Assembly (NCBI RefSeq): GCF_001194135.2
Contig: NC_068992.1
Location: 54,039,723 to 54,103,722 of the forward strand
Source of the DNA: Octopus bimaculoides
Taxonomy: Eukaryota
Direction: 5' to 3'
Length of the DNA stretch: 64,000 bases
The notes below the pieces were generated by a model. That model worked only from the letters and a program-made list of their open reading frames with translations, ran no database searches and was not told the origin of the DNA. Made by a program: the position numbers and the translations under genes. The stretch's first letter is position 1; each line of letters opens with the position of its first letter. Positions 1-13,428 of this stretch are shown piece after piece.

Positions 1-61
1 TGTGTCTCTATATTGTTATAATTGTCCCTTTAGTAAATAAACAAATAATTTGACACACATG

Positions 62-103
<42 letters not shown>

Positions 104-574
104 CATATATATAAGAAATTAGAATGATAAAGGAGTAAACAATTATGCTATGGACTTCATATATGTCACTAGACGACCGAAGCATACACGTGTACATAAA
201 TTAACCATTATGGAAGTATGTTTTAGTACAGATTTAATATATTTCAAAAACGGCAATGTACGCCCAATGGATCGGTTGTATGACAGTTTTCAGTATTACT
301 TTATATTATGAATAAACTTTAGATTATTCTATTAATGGAAATGGGAGTACAAGGCAATGTATTTTATAAATAGAACAAACCATTGTACGGTTGAGCATTA
401 AAGGCTAACAAGTATGGAAATACAAATCGGACTTTGCTGAATAGTGTCGGCTCTTTCACAAGTAAATATGCATATCACATTGCATATTCTCAACGTCAAT
501 CAAGTTTGTATGAAATTCTCCTTCCTCACAGCATGTATTTCCTGTGATAATATGCATACATACATACATAACAT

Positions 575-707
<133 letters not shown>

Positions 708-843
708 TATATATTTGTGAATTTTCATTCCTCACAGCAAAATCAACTCACTGAACTCTACGATTCATAACCCATTAATTTTTTCCGACACGCGCCTTTA
801 CCATTTTCCATTCCTCGAGTTCGGAATTCTGGTTCCTTCCCCT

Positions 844-884
<41 letters not shown>

Positions 885-1744
885 CCTCCCACTCTCCCTC
901 TCTGTTTTCTCTCTTCACACATACACACACACACACATCGTTGTAAAAGCGCATTCAGTTTTCATATCAATAATCTAATACTACTAACGTACATAGTTTT
1001 GTTTTTCCTATCGAGAATTTTTTTTGTTCTTTCCTTTATCTAATAATGTAAGCCTTAGAGAGAATTAGAGAGAATTTATGCTGCAAGAAAGTACAACATA
1101 CAAAGAACAATGGTTTAGTATTCTAAATCGAATCTCTATTCTTATTGATTATGAAAATGTTGGTGTTAAAAGCATGGAATTGAGTAATGCTCTGCTAACA
1201 AGAAAATATCCGAGATATAAGGACTCATTAATTCGCTCTTTCATCAAATCGTTATTCAAATAAACATAACAATTTTCACCCTTTTGGATCTCTCGTTAGC
1301 ACAAGCATCTCATTTATTGGTTCTCAGCACGTGTGCGCTTCCATATACAGTTTCGCAACACTGAATCGTTAAATCGCAAGAGCTGGATCATTGGAAGCTT
1401 ATGAATTGATTAATGCCCCCTGATATTTGAAATTGCTGACGCTATTGATTAAGTTCCTATATGGAAGGTCGGAAATATCGTATGTTGATCTTTGATGATT
1501 GAATTAATATTAAATAAAGCATTGCTTTGTAATTTGACTGTTCAATATAGTCATGGTAAACTAGGCAAAATAAAATTCTCGAACGTCTTATATATACATA
1601 TTTCTGTAAAGGGATTTGTCTATATAAGCGGGTGTGTATATGAAGCCTATTCTCACAATGAATGTGCGTGTGGGAGGCTCAAGGTAGTTAATTTTTGCAT
1701 TGGGCAATGTATTCCTACGTACTTCTATAAAACGGCTAATCATG

Positions 1745-2002
1745 ACTGAAACACCTTTAATCATAAGTCTGCTCGATTACAGGTAATATGAAGGTCGCAC
1801 AACAACAACGACAGAGTCCTCCGTATGGTCACTTCACTGGCTAGAAATAACGTATAAATCTCTTGTGAATTATACCAAAGCGTTTTAAACATTTGATAAT
1901 GCCGTTTCTAATATACAGTAAGACGGTATATTTACAGTTTGAATGCATTTGATCAAAAGTCATTTATCGCAGGACTTACTCGGGGTTGATAATAAGAACA
2001 AC
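1745..2002 (+). mobile_element. Two degenerate 3'-end fragments of a (CAA)n-tailed retroposon-like repeat
   Basis: Two segments end in acaacaacaac (about 1810) and aagaacaac (about 2000) and resemble each other; a related reverse-orientation segment lies near 53810-54030. Aligned by eye only. Confidence 0.4.
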
Positions 2003-2017
2003 ATGGTAAAGATATTA

Positions 2018-2405
2018 TGTTGTTGTTGGCACTCCGGCGCTTACGACGTCGAGGGTTCCAGTTGATCCGATCAACGGAACAGCCTGCTCGTGAAATTAAC
2101 GTGCAAGTGGCTGAGCACTCCACAGACACGTGTACCCTTAACGTAGTTCTCGGGGATATTCAGCGTGACACAGTGTGACAAGGCTGACCCTTTGAATTAC
2201 AGGCGCAACAGAAACAGGAAGTAAGAGTGAGAGAAAGCTGTGGTGAAAGAGTACAGCAGGGTTCGCCACCATCCCCTGTCGGAGCCTCGTGGAGCTTTAG
2301 GTGTTTTCGCTCAATAAACACTCAAAACGCCCGGTCTGGGAATCGAAACCGCGATCCTATGACCGCGAGTCCGCTGCCCAAACCACTGGGCTATTGCGCC
2401 TCCAC
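2018..2405 (-). mobile_element. Full-length tRNA-derived SINE (family C), tRNA-Arg-like head, (CAA)n tail
   Basis: The minus strand begins GTGGAGGCGCAATAGCCCAGTGG (A box) ... GGACTCGCGGTC ... GGTTTCGATTCC (B box) CAGACCGGGCG, continues through a ~300-bp body and ends GTGCCAACAACAAC. Confidence 0.88.
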
Positions 2406-2789
2406 CGGTAAAGATATTAAGACACAACTAAACATGAAATAAAAACAAGAAGCGTCCTAAGTCTAAATGAGTTTCGATCCATTTTGAGAGTGTAACAGAT
2501 GTGACAGATAACTATTTCCCTGAATAAGACTCCAGGTGATGGCAGATAAAAGGGTTTGCTAGCAGATTTGTCTCTAATTATTCTAGAATTCCGGAAACAT
2601 GTTGAACTCAATCAATGTTAAGAGCTAAAGACTGAACAAATTGGTTGTAAATGTGAATAACTATGATCCGTTACTTGAATTTTTAGAGTTTATGCTTTAA
2701 TACTCTTCCTCCTGGTATCATTACATTAAGCATGTGGAAAACAAATCTCCATCGAGTTTAAACGGGTTCAGTCCAGTCACATCTTATCT

Positions 2790-3055
2790 GGTCCCTATTA
2801 GCAAAACTGAATTATTTGCATCGCAAACCACCACAACAAAACACTTATAAGATATTTATTTCTTGTTCCCAAATTTTATTGAAACATGCTTATTTTGTTA
2901 CGATTAATTCTGAAAATAGTGAAGAATTTCCTAAATATCTCTGTCATTAATATGTTAGTGTTTGGAATTTAAAGTAACATGAAATTTTGATGGAAGGCTG
3001 GATTACTTTAAATCAAGAAGTTTTATCATAGAACCAAGTGTTTAGTGGATTAGTG
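2790..3055. mobile_element. Degenerate copy of an interspersed AT-rich repeat (second copy at about 20957-21182)
   Basis: The segment gaaaatagtgaagaa...tttggaa...catgaaattttga...tttaaa...tatcata is shared with 21010-21150. A piggyBac-like MITE identity is from recollection only; the termini are decayed. Confidence 0.5.
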
Positions 3056-3781
3056 TCATATGATATCTGAGCTACAAGTTTTGTTTCGATTGTCGATTGA
3101 TGGAGTCTTAAATATGCATCGTAGTGTTCAAGCCCTATATTCCATTATGTACACAAGTTTGTGCTTTAAGCTTAGATGCTTTCTATTCAAGTAATGCAGG
3201 CTAAACTTGCTGCAAACACTTCATATATTACACTTGAAATCACTGCTTAAAGACGCGAGCAGCTTACGACCAAGACGAAATTACTTCTTTTATGTTATCG
3301 GCGTTTAAACAAAGTGCAGGAACCAAAAATGTTCACTAATTCACACCTCACAGCAAATACACATGCTGAGTTTCTTATAGAATGAACTAATTAACCCGCT
3401 TTGTAGATTAATTGTTACGAACACATTCCTCTCCCAGTTACCACGGCTTGCCGGATATTACATTATTCACTATTGTCTATTTGTACTAAATTTGTTTTCT
3501 GAACAGTTAGAGTAATTTTTAGATGAATAGGCTCCAAAGCAGTAATTTACTCTCCATACACAGCATAAATGATTAAGAGGATATCGGTGTATCACACTAC
3601 ACTAATCTTAATGAAACTTGCTTGATTTAGACTTACAGTACGAGTTCCGACACGCGATAATGAAACGTTTCGTAAAATCATTCTAAACACCATTTCCTTG
3701 AAGAGGAATACAGAAATAAACTGTCCAGCCATGTATGTATTCTAAGATTGCGATTGTAAGTGCAGTTCAATATCTGTCAAC

Positions 3782-3782
3782 G

Positions 3783-3877
<95 letters not shown>

Positions 3878-3880
3878 GTC
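3782..3880. repeat. Compound (TA)n(TG)n microsatellite
   Basis: Directly visible. Confidence 0.97.
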
Positions 3881-3999
3881 TATGAATGTATTTCACGCAT
3901 TGTCAGTAACTCTCTCCTTCTCGATTTATATTTACACATATATACACTTATACGCATATATTTATGTAGGACGTATGGATACATGTACATATATATGCA

Positions 4000-4036
<37 letters not shown>

Positions 4037-4134
4037 CCATACTTATATGTATGCACACACACACACACAGTATTCTTCCTGTAAAACATCTATGTATGGA
4101 TTCATTTTAACCATGGATTCCATTAGAACTCTAT

Positions 4135-4323
4135 TTAAACTGTAATTGCTTTAAGAAAATGAATAGCTTCAATCTTGCATTTTCGCCGGCGGTTATAATG
4201 TATTGCTTTGTAGCACTCTCGTGTTACTTCATCTAATAATATGTTTATATAATAATGATATGGCGACATTTCAACTTGAATACAATTCATATTTCCTGTC
4301 ATCTTGCCATTTATCTTGGCCAT
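4135..4323 (-). pseudogene. Possible ancient LINE reverse-transcriptase remnant
   Basis: MAKINGKMTG..CIQVEMSPYHYYINILLDEVTRE loosely echoes the RT segment V.INGK.T..I..GV.QG..LSP.LF.I.LDEV.RE, but the QG motif is absent. Weak. Confidence 0.25.
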
Positions 4324-6018
4324 GTTTTACAACAATACTTTAGTAGGAATTCTCTAGTGTTTCTTAGCTTTCTAAGTTAAATCATATGATATAGAAACGA
4401 ACCCTTAAATGTTATTCTGCTTTACGAAAGGGATAAAAACAGCAAATATTAAGAGAAAAACAGAGAGACACAAAGTGACACGTCAGGTATGTGTGTGCGT
4501 GTGCGTGTGCGTGTGCGTGCGCGTGCGCGTGCGTGCGTGCGTGTGTGTGCGCGCGGCCATGCGCGGTGTGTGTGTGTGTTGAATTGTATTTGCAATAACA
4601 AACTTAATATACTTATTTAGCTGGATATCTCAATCCTGAATTATTTCAATGAAATGTACTACGATATATCAAAAATGAGAGAAATAGAAGATGCAATTCA
4701 CGAGTTTCTATAATCACAACGTTTGTTTCAACCCATCTTACATCGAGTGAGATACTGTACAAAGTGGTTGTGGTGTATTCTTCAATGTAGTTCTGTCTCG
4801 TCAGGTGACTTTTCATAAGGTACCTCACTCTATTGTAAAGCATGTCGCTATTTGTCTGTAGCTATTTACCTGCTGGTTCTGTCGTTGTCGGTTATTCGTC
4901 GTAGATCAACTTTGACTGTTCTGCTCAGAACAAAATTCCTTTGCTCGGTGGGTAAGGTAGTTGGCGTCTTCTCCCCGCCAGACTGCCGCTCTGGGCCTCC
5001 ACACCAAATACCAAGTAGTGTACAAAAGTGCAAAGAGCAGGGTCTACGACAAGTTTTCCCTGCAGCTGCATCTCACTTGCTACTTGACGACCAACCGTTG
5101 TCTGTTGATAGAGATCTTCCACTTAGCTGCAATGACATTCAAACCCTTGGTCTAGGGCACTTCTATGTTGTCGTTTATCCAACGTTCGACTGCCATCGTC
5201 TACATCGTACCCCTGACACGGGTGGGGGGTTAAGTGGTACCAGCACAAAAGAATTAATCGATGCTATGAGAAGTAACAACTATTATGCAAAGGTAATAAA
5301 AATTCTTACATACGACTATACAATAAATATTAGTCGAGAGGCATAGATACATACTAACACTTATACATTAGACAGAATCACAGGGATCTCGGAATTGCAA
5401 TCTATGATCATCTAAGCAGGTCGTTAAATATTTCGCTTTTATGTGTTTAAATTTTACTTCATGTGGATTTATCTAACATAGAGCTAGGTACGTGCATTGA
5501 AGGGTCACAACCAGTACATCCCTCAGAAGATGGTTTCACTATTTTTGTATTTCAGATATTTCCTGTTGATACATAACGAAACCAATGCTTTCAGTTGTCT
5601 GTTTCTGACCAGTTTACAAAGCCATAACTCCAGATGTCAACGTCCACGGCTGCTATATTTTGTGTGGCTGATCACACTAGAAAGCAGTTGTTGACATCCT
5701 GACTTGTTGTTTAATAGCGAAATGATGAACGCTTTATCCTTCGATATTCTTTGAGATAACATATTCACCATTTTGGTTGTCAGTGCTTTAGAACATTTGC
5801 ATGACTCGCTGGTACATTTTGCAGGAAAGAAAATATATTTGTATACTACAAATGTTTCAACATTTTCGTTGTACACTAAGACCTGTTCGCAATTACACAT
5901 CTGCTTCAAATACCTCAAGGCGAAAATTTCATTTTATAAGGCATGTGGGAAAGATGATGCTACTGTTAGACTTTTCGTTCTAAATCTCTCGAAGAGAGGT
6001 AATTAGCAACAGTTCTTT

Positions 6019-6189
6019 AAAGTAAAGACCATTTGCCAACATAAGGTGGCTGTCCTGGAAAGGACGATTGTTACTGTTGTTTAATCCCAGGAAACATCGA
6101 CAATATTGTGTCGTATAGCCAGCTGGAAACGATGTAACAATCTTCCCCTCCAGAACTACCACATTACGTTGGCAAATAGTCTTTACTTT
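6019..6189. mobile_element. 171-bp foldback element (MITE-like)
   Basis: AAAGTAAAGACCATTTGCCAAC (6019-6040) pairs with GTTGGCAAATAGTCTTTACTTT (6168-6189) at 21/22; imperfect pairing extends to about 56 bp. No clear TSD. Confidence 0.75.
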
Positions 6190-7208
6190 TTTTCTCTCTT
6201 TCTTTCAGTTTTCTGTGATTTTCAAAAATATATTTCAAGTTCTTAATTACTTTCTTTTTTATATGTAGGAGTAATTAATGGCTTATTCATATCAGATTGA
6301 TACATAAAGTCATAAATTTGTGATGTTTTTGGCCAGCTGTGTTTGGGCAAGAATTGGTTAGGTAGAGTATAACGTTGATATGGGAGTCTTTGAGCTGCTT
6401 GAATTTCTGTCTCCTGTGGGTGTGGTTATGTGTGTTTATTAGTGTCAATGAGATTTATTTTCCCTTTAATTTTTTTTTTTCTGTTTACTTTTCACTTGAA
6501 GTTCGTGCTTGTTTTCTTCTTGCTTACATTAATCCTCCTTTTTTTTTTTTGTTATTGTTTTCTGTTTTCATACTTTTCCATTTCTATCAAAAATATAAAT
6601 GAAATTACAAGCAGATACGGATTGCTATAAAAATTATCCAACAGCTGACTTCCGGCAATTCTAGTGAAATTGTTCCTGTGACAGCCTTGTTGCTGTACGG
6701 TGACATATTTTGACATGTCGTAGTATACAAGAACATCAGAAATATAAATAAATAAATACATACATAAATAAATAAACAAAATAAGAGAGAACGTAAGGCA
6801 TAGTATCTACGTTATTAAAGCTGCCATGATACTTCCACGGCTGCAATGTTTTCCTTTTACCATATGATCAATGGACAAGTTAATTGGTTAAAAGTGCAAC
6901 CTCGAAGTGTGTGTGTGTTTGTGTGTGCGTGTATGTGTGTGTGTGCAAATGAGTACACTGGTGATAATATATATATATATATGTATATACATAGATAGAT
7001 AGAGATACATACATACATGCATGCATGCATGCATCTCCGAACGAAGTTTTTATAATATATATGTGTATATATAAAGTTTAGCTTGTCCAAATGATAATTA
7101 TGCGTGAGGGCACACATATCTGTACTTACAGACATATGCATTCTATAATTTTATTATTCCAGAGTCTGTGGATATGTAGGGCACAATATAAAATATTATA
7201 TATGCATG

Positions 7209-7246
<38 letters not shown>

Positions 7247-7824
7247 ATTGTGTGTGTGTGTAATATTGATACTTTTGAAGCCATTCAAACCGCCTTCTCT
7301 GAAATTTTGTCAATGAGAAAGTTTTAAATATGTACTCTAGATCATTTATTAAGACGATTTCTTACTTTTGTTCCTGTTTTTTTTCTTTTTCTTTCGCATA
7401 GTTTCTGATTAGGATACATCTGGTGTGCGTGTGCAGGAGTGTAATGTTTAAATAAATATATATCTTTATATATTTATTGGAGCACATAGAAGTGTGCGAG
7501 GGGGTAAGAAGAAAGAAGCATGAGTAGAGAGTGAGAGAAGAAGCGAGGGAGATAGAGAGAAACTATCGATGAATGTAAATGTGTGTATATTTATGAATTT
7601 GAGGCGGTGGTTATATGTAGTTATATGTATCTGCAGTTTCGTTTATAAATGTGAATATAAGCAGAACTTCCTTTCATTAACAAAGGATACGCATAAGTTA
7701 ATGTGCAGACTGTAATTTTATATTTGTATATGTATGTACGTGTGTGTACATGTGTGTACATGTGCGTGTGTGCCTGTAATGATTGTTAGATGGATAGATA
7801 GATAGATGCCTTAAGACAAAAATA

Positions 7825-7892
7825 TGTGTACATACTCGGATGTGTGTGTGCGTATGTATATATATATGCATATATATGTGTATATATATATA

Positions 7893-7925
<33 letters not shown>

Positions 7926-7966
7926 GTGTATATGTGTATATATATATATGTGTATATATATATATA

Positions 7967-7997
<31 letters not shown>

Positions 7998-8290
7998 GTG
8001 TGTATATGTGTATATATATATATGTGTGTATATGTGTATATATATATATATGTGTGTATATGTGTATATATATATATGTGTATATATATATATGTGTATA
8101 TATATGTGTATATATATATATGTATATATATATGTGTATATATATATGTGTATATATGTGTATAGATATGTGTATAGATATGTGTATATATGTATGTGTA
8201 TATGTATGTGTATATGTATGTGTATATGTATGTGTGTATATGTATGTGTATATATATATGTGTATATATGTATGTATACATACATGAATA
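7825..8290. repeat. Mosaic (TA)/(TG) low-complexity array with higher-order units
   Basis: Directly visible; source of the six-frame YI/CV ORFs at 7698-8568. Confidence 0.95.
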
Positions 8291-8994
8291 AAACTGTAAG
8301 CACAGTTATACATGTTCATATATACACAAATGCAGACGCTGATGTGTTCAGTGATCGTGAGCTTATGTATGTATGTACGTATGTATGTATATATGTAAGT
8401 ATGCGTGTATGTGTTTGCATATGTATATATATTTATAAGCACACCTATAGTTGTTTCCTTGCATGCATATGTATATCTGTATGTGTGCGATTTGTCACGG
8501 ATAAAATTACTGAAAGCGTAGCCGGTAACACGAGAAAGATTTTATTAGTTGTGAAAAAAAAAAGTTGATAAAGAAATAAAATTCGCCTAGGAATTTCTTT
8601 ATTACATTTCCCGATGAATATACAAATCATTAGTTATATACCTAAATAAATATTCCACACGAAATTCGTTAGTTTGAAATGTGCTGGTCATTAGGTTTGT
8701 ACATAGGATTCGATTACTTTGGAACGTAATTCTAGATAATGTGTTGTGCATGAATTAATGTAAATATGTATGTAAGAGAACGTGAGAGCATGCGCGATTA
8801 TATGTGAAGTGTGAACGTCTGTGAGTATTTATATGTACGTGTGTGAGTGTGTATGTGTGTCGGTGTGTGTGTCGGTGTGAGATAAAATTGCATATGTATT
8901 GGGTATATGTGCCTTCACGCTATTGTATATGCATATATATATATATATGTGTGTGTATGTATGTATGCACATGTATGTGTACGTATGTATATAC

Positions 8995-9038
<44 letters not shown>

Positions 9039-9121
9039 TTGTATATGTATGTATATGCATAGATATATATGAGAGAGATTAGAGTTTAAGCACATATTTT
9101 TTTATAATATACATTAATATA

Positions 9122-9167
<46 letters not shown>

Positions 9168-10920
9168 TGAGCAGATACATGTCTGTTTTGTGTGGGTGTA
9201 TGTATAAATATATATACATACATACCTATGTATGTATATATGTATGTATGGAGAGATAATACACACATTCAGACTGATATATATATATATATATATGCAC
9301 CTGCATATATGCATGCATATACTCATAATCCTAATCGTTATTAGCTGTAGGCTTATACATTCATACATACATACACTCATACATAAGTCTACATGTTTAT
9401 GTGTGTGTGCGCACATATGTCTGCAGGTGCGTGTTCGTGCCATGAGTTGCAGCAAAATTGCTGTAAGTGTCATGTGGTAGTAATTTTGAAATGTTTAAAA
9501 GTGTTCAGTTTCTCATTATATTCTTTTATTACCATTTTCGTTCCTTCACCTCAACTTTGTCCCATTATTTCGGATTTAACACCGAAGTTTGTTGTTATTT
9601 ATTTATCCTTCTATATAATTAGTTAGTCCGTGTTCACTACTTGTTTTCCTGCTGTAAGATGGATGATTTCCATTAATGGAAGTGAAGCATTTGTCACGTT
9701 TTACGAAGGGAATATTTCGTTCATTTCTTGGTGATGTCCATAGCTTCAGGACATTGAAAATGAATCTGAAATTTGCCTTAACCACCGTCATGCATAGAAA
9801 ATTCCATCCAAAATATATCTGTAAGAAATCTCAGAAAAATATCCTCCAAAAGCACATCCAACTCACTCAAAAATGAATGACTGCTGGACAACATTGGTTC
9901 CTGCCTGAAATACAAGGACAAGACGATTACAGCTAGAATACGTCTTACTCAAACATTGAAAATTAATGGCATAATAACAACAACAACAGTAACTAGTAAT
10001 CAATATCTCTTTTATTCGACACTTACTATCTTAGAAATGGAAGGATGGACAAGAGATTCAAGAACTAGATACGGTTTTTTTTCTTTTGTTTTTGTTGTAT
10101 TTTTCTAGAATAAAGCTAGACAGACGAAGGTTCAGACGCCTTTGATCAGCTTTAGGTATGGACGAAAGCATAAAACAATGAAAATACTGCGAAAGCCAAC
10201 AAAGACATCCAGAGGAAATTAAATCACATTAATTTGTATAAGTATGAGGAGGTTAACTAATCTGCTATCCATCTGTCACAAATGAAAACATCATTTCTGT
10301 ATAGGAGATTTTTATTTCACGACAAGCAATCAAATAAATGAATTCGGACTCACATTTAGAATGCATTTGGAAAATCCAGGCTTTCTTGTTTATTGCTCGA
10401 GTTCTCCACTTAACAAAATAGGAATCATTAATGAGAGAAGAAAGGAATACAATTCGTTTTGTTTTCCTGCAACTCTGCATATAAGCCATTTAAGGAAAAT
10501 TGTTGTTAATGTGAAGGAGTATAGCTGAAGATAGAATCATCAAGATCTGAGTTTGTGTTGCCAAGAATGCAGCATTCTCTCTGCCGAAAATATCATTGAA
10601 GGATTTTTAAAATATGGAGTTGTATGAATGTGCTTCGCACCGTTTATAAAGCAGCACGGTTTTCCCGCGCCTTCAGTAACTAGTATTATTATACGCATAA
10701 TTATTTTCCCAAATTAGTCAATGAAAGCTTTATGATGGAATTTAGGCCGTGAGTTTAGTTCTTTGGTTAAGAACTAAACAGTCACGCCTCTCTCTTCAAT
10801 ACCACCTATCTCATCATTTATACAGACCACTCAGTTACAACTACCTAGTAAGCTCTGCTCAACTATTCCTAACTTCCAGCAGATATTTATTTACCAATAT
10901 CATACTCAGTATTAAAACCA

Positions 10921-11122
10921 CGAGCTGGAAGAATCGTTTATATGCCGAGCAAAATGCTTCCGTCTGAACATTCTGAGTTTCAATTCCTCCAAAGAAGTCT
11001 TTCCCTTTCATCATCTTGAGGTCGATAAAATAAGTATCAGTTGGGCACTGGGGTGGGGGCCGATGCATCAACCTAAATCCTCCTCTGAAATTGCTGACTT
11101 GCGCCAAAATCTGAAACCAGTA
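10921..11122 (+). mobile_element. SINE family A, degenerate copy
   Basis: cgagctggaagaatcg ... ttctgagtttcaattcc ... ctttcatcatcttgaggtcgataaaataagtatcag ... aaattgctgac...ccaaaatctgaaacc matches the other family A copies. Confidence 0.8.
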
Positions 11123-11896
11123 TCATACGTAGCATCGGCCCAGTTTCCGCAGTATTGAGAGGACTTACAATATTGAAAGTCAGGGAACAAGTTTCGTTCT
11201 CCATGATTAAATTAGACTTCTTGAAGGTGATGAAGACTATTGTAAGTGTTGCAAATCATTAAAGGAAACGCACGAGTCCAGAAATTATAAAAGAAAGGAA
11301 TCCTCATTATTGCGGAAAGAAATATGCACATTGAAGTTTCCAATGAAAACAGAAAAAATACAGTAAGCCCGTTTACAGAGATATCAGAAGTATAGCAGAA
11401 GTATATTGATTATTTGGAATGTGAATAAGCATATATTCATTTCAAATTTCAACACAGCAAAGAAGAATTTTTTTGTTAATTTACATTCTTTTTTGAATAA
11501 AAATCATTAGTTTTGCAGGTGATATATCGCTTGATCGTATATATGTATACATGTATGTTTCTTGTATGTATGTGTATATATATGTATATGTGTGTGCATA
11601 TATATGCATATAATTATATGTATGTATATATAACGTGTATGTGCGTGTTGTTTAGTGTGATGCGTTTATTCATATATTTGTGTGCGCGTGAATTATATAA
11701 ATACATGTAGGTTTCCTAATCTAGATAATATCTAAATAGCTACATATACCCAGCTAGAAACATATATGTATATATATATATATATATGTATGCATATAAC
11801 TATTACGTGCATATAAGCCTATATGTATTTAAGTAATGTTTGTACATTATACATTTGTAAACAATTCAGTATTGAGATTGAGCACACACACATAAC

Positions 11897-11939
<43 letters not shown>

Positions 11940-12085
11940 GTATGCGTGTGTGTATGTGTCTCTGAATGCGCCTCTCTTTGTACACTATAAGCCTATAAGC
12001 ATGGCATGGTTTACAGTATTTTAAATATACTAAACACGAGTATTCCTCCTTTATATTATGGACGATTCTAAGTTGTTCATATCAT

Positions 12086-12342
12086 GTAAAGGTAAAGCTA
12101 TCTTCTCGAGCCATAGCGACTCAGAAGGGCCGGTTTCCCTGCATCATGGCTTATATATTCCCCACTTGGACAGGACGCTGGTCCGTCCTAGGATTACTCA
12201 TTTTTGCCAGCTGAGTGGACTGGAGCAACGTGAAATGATGTATTTGGCTCAAGAACACAACGCGTCGCCCGGTCCAGGAATCGAAACCAATTTCTTACGC
12301 TCACGAGTTCAACACCGTGCCCAGTAAGCCACACGTCTCCAC
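12086..12342 (-). mobile_element. tRNA-derived SINE with a V-domain-like body and (CTTTAC)2 tail
   Basis: The minus-strand head GTGGAGACGTG...GGTTTCGATTCCTGGACCGGGCG is homologous to the family C head. The body GGACCAGCGTCCTGTCCAAGTGGGG...GGAAACCGG resembles the V-SINE domain as I recall it. Confidence 0.8.
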
Positions 12343-13075
12343 TTCATATGATATGAGGCAATATCGAATTGCCGTATAGGTTGCAGTTGGGGGCAATTCT
12401 TCTTTGTCGTCTGTAAAATAATTTGGCATACAAAGGAAATTTAATGGAAGATCAACACATTTATATTTATAATTCATCGTACGGTTCACGTATATGCTGA
12501 AACAGTTAGGCATTAAAAATCTATAGATAATGCTATATGTTACTTTGCAATTCATTCAACAGTATACTATCGTTTTGTTCTTAATTTCCTCTCCAGTAAT
12601 GTCATTTGTAACATAATGCTGCCATGCGGTCTTTCTTTTGTCTAACTGTAGCTTATTTAATGTTGCTCCTGAAAGTTGTACATGTAAAAGATGACAGTAT
12701 TGCTCCACTTTCATTTCTAACATTATTTTCATGTCGCAAAGCTTGTGTGCATGAGGGTACTGTTGCTTTTTGTAATATTATTGCTTGGTAAATTAGTGAA
12801 TCACTCATACCTGTGTCATTGTTGTTAGAAAAAATGCTGAACTATTTTTTTTTTATATACGAGACATTTTACATTGAATATTTGATTTTGTTTTGTTCAT
12901 AATCCACTTAGGTTTTTTTTTTTCTTTCATTACACATTTGATTCCGTTTCTCGTAGATATTTTAATATGTTCGTAAACAAATTCGAATGAATGCTGTATG
13001 GATAAACTTCCAAAACTTCTCAAGTGTCGCTGGTGACAATGCATTTCAAATAATTAGCGTTTTAAAGAAGTCACC

Positions 13076-13208
13076 CACATGCGGTTGTGATGCGTGAGCC
13101 TGGTGTACTTTATGAGATGGGTGGTCATGATGGATATATTGGGCGTTGTAAATTTCTACCCCAGTGTCACTTTGATGGCATGCACTGAACTCTCACTCCA
13201 TAATAATA
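13076..13208 (+). mobile_element. 3' fragment of (TAA)n-tailed repeat X
   Basis: Aligns by eye to 13832-13945 (catat..gg.t.tgatgc...tgtac..ttat...gggc...gtca.tttgatggc...tcactc) and ends in ataataata. Confidence 0.7.
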
Positions 13209-13428
13209 GGTATCAGCACTCAACTGCCAACATGGTTCAAAGAGATTGGTACAAATTTAAGAATAGAGCATCTACAAACATCAGCATTGCTTGGAACTGC
13301 AAGACTTCTTCGCAGGGTACTTGAAGCGTGACCAGTAAGTAAGTGTTACCTTAGTCTGCTGGCTGTGGACAGCTGACATTTCATCATACCCAGTAAAATA
13401 AGCGGTGAGTTTTCACCAAATAATAATA
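13200..13428 (+). mobile_element. 3' end of an R4/Dong-clade (RLE) non-LTR retrotransposon: ORF C-terminus, 3' UTR and (TAA)n tail
   Basis: 13200-13331 translates IIIGISTQLPTWFKEIGTNLRIEHLQTSALLGTARLLRRVLEA*, matching the LQK.ALLGTARILRRVL* terminus of R4-clade ORFs; a ~90-bp UTR then aaataataata follows. Confidence 0.85.

Noticed and set aside
2330-2405. tRNA-like sequences with A and B boxes (also at 12270-12342, 48749 and 54221)
   Set aside because: Each continues into a SINE body, and I could not fold a complete cloverleaf with an acceptor stem and terminator; they are not called as tRNA genes.
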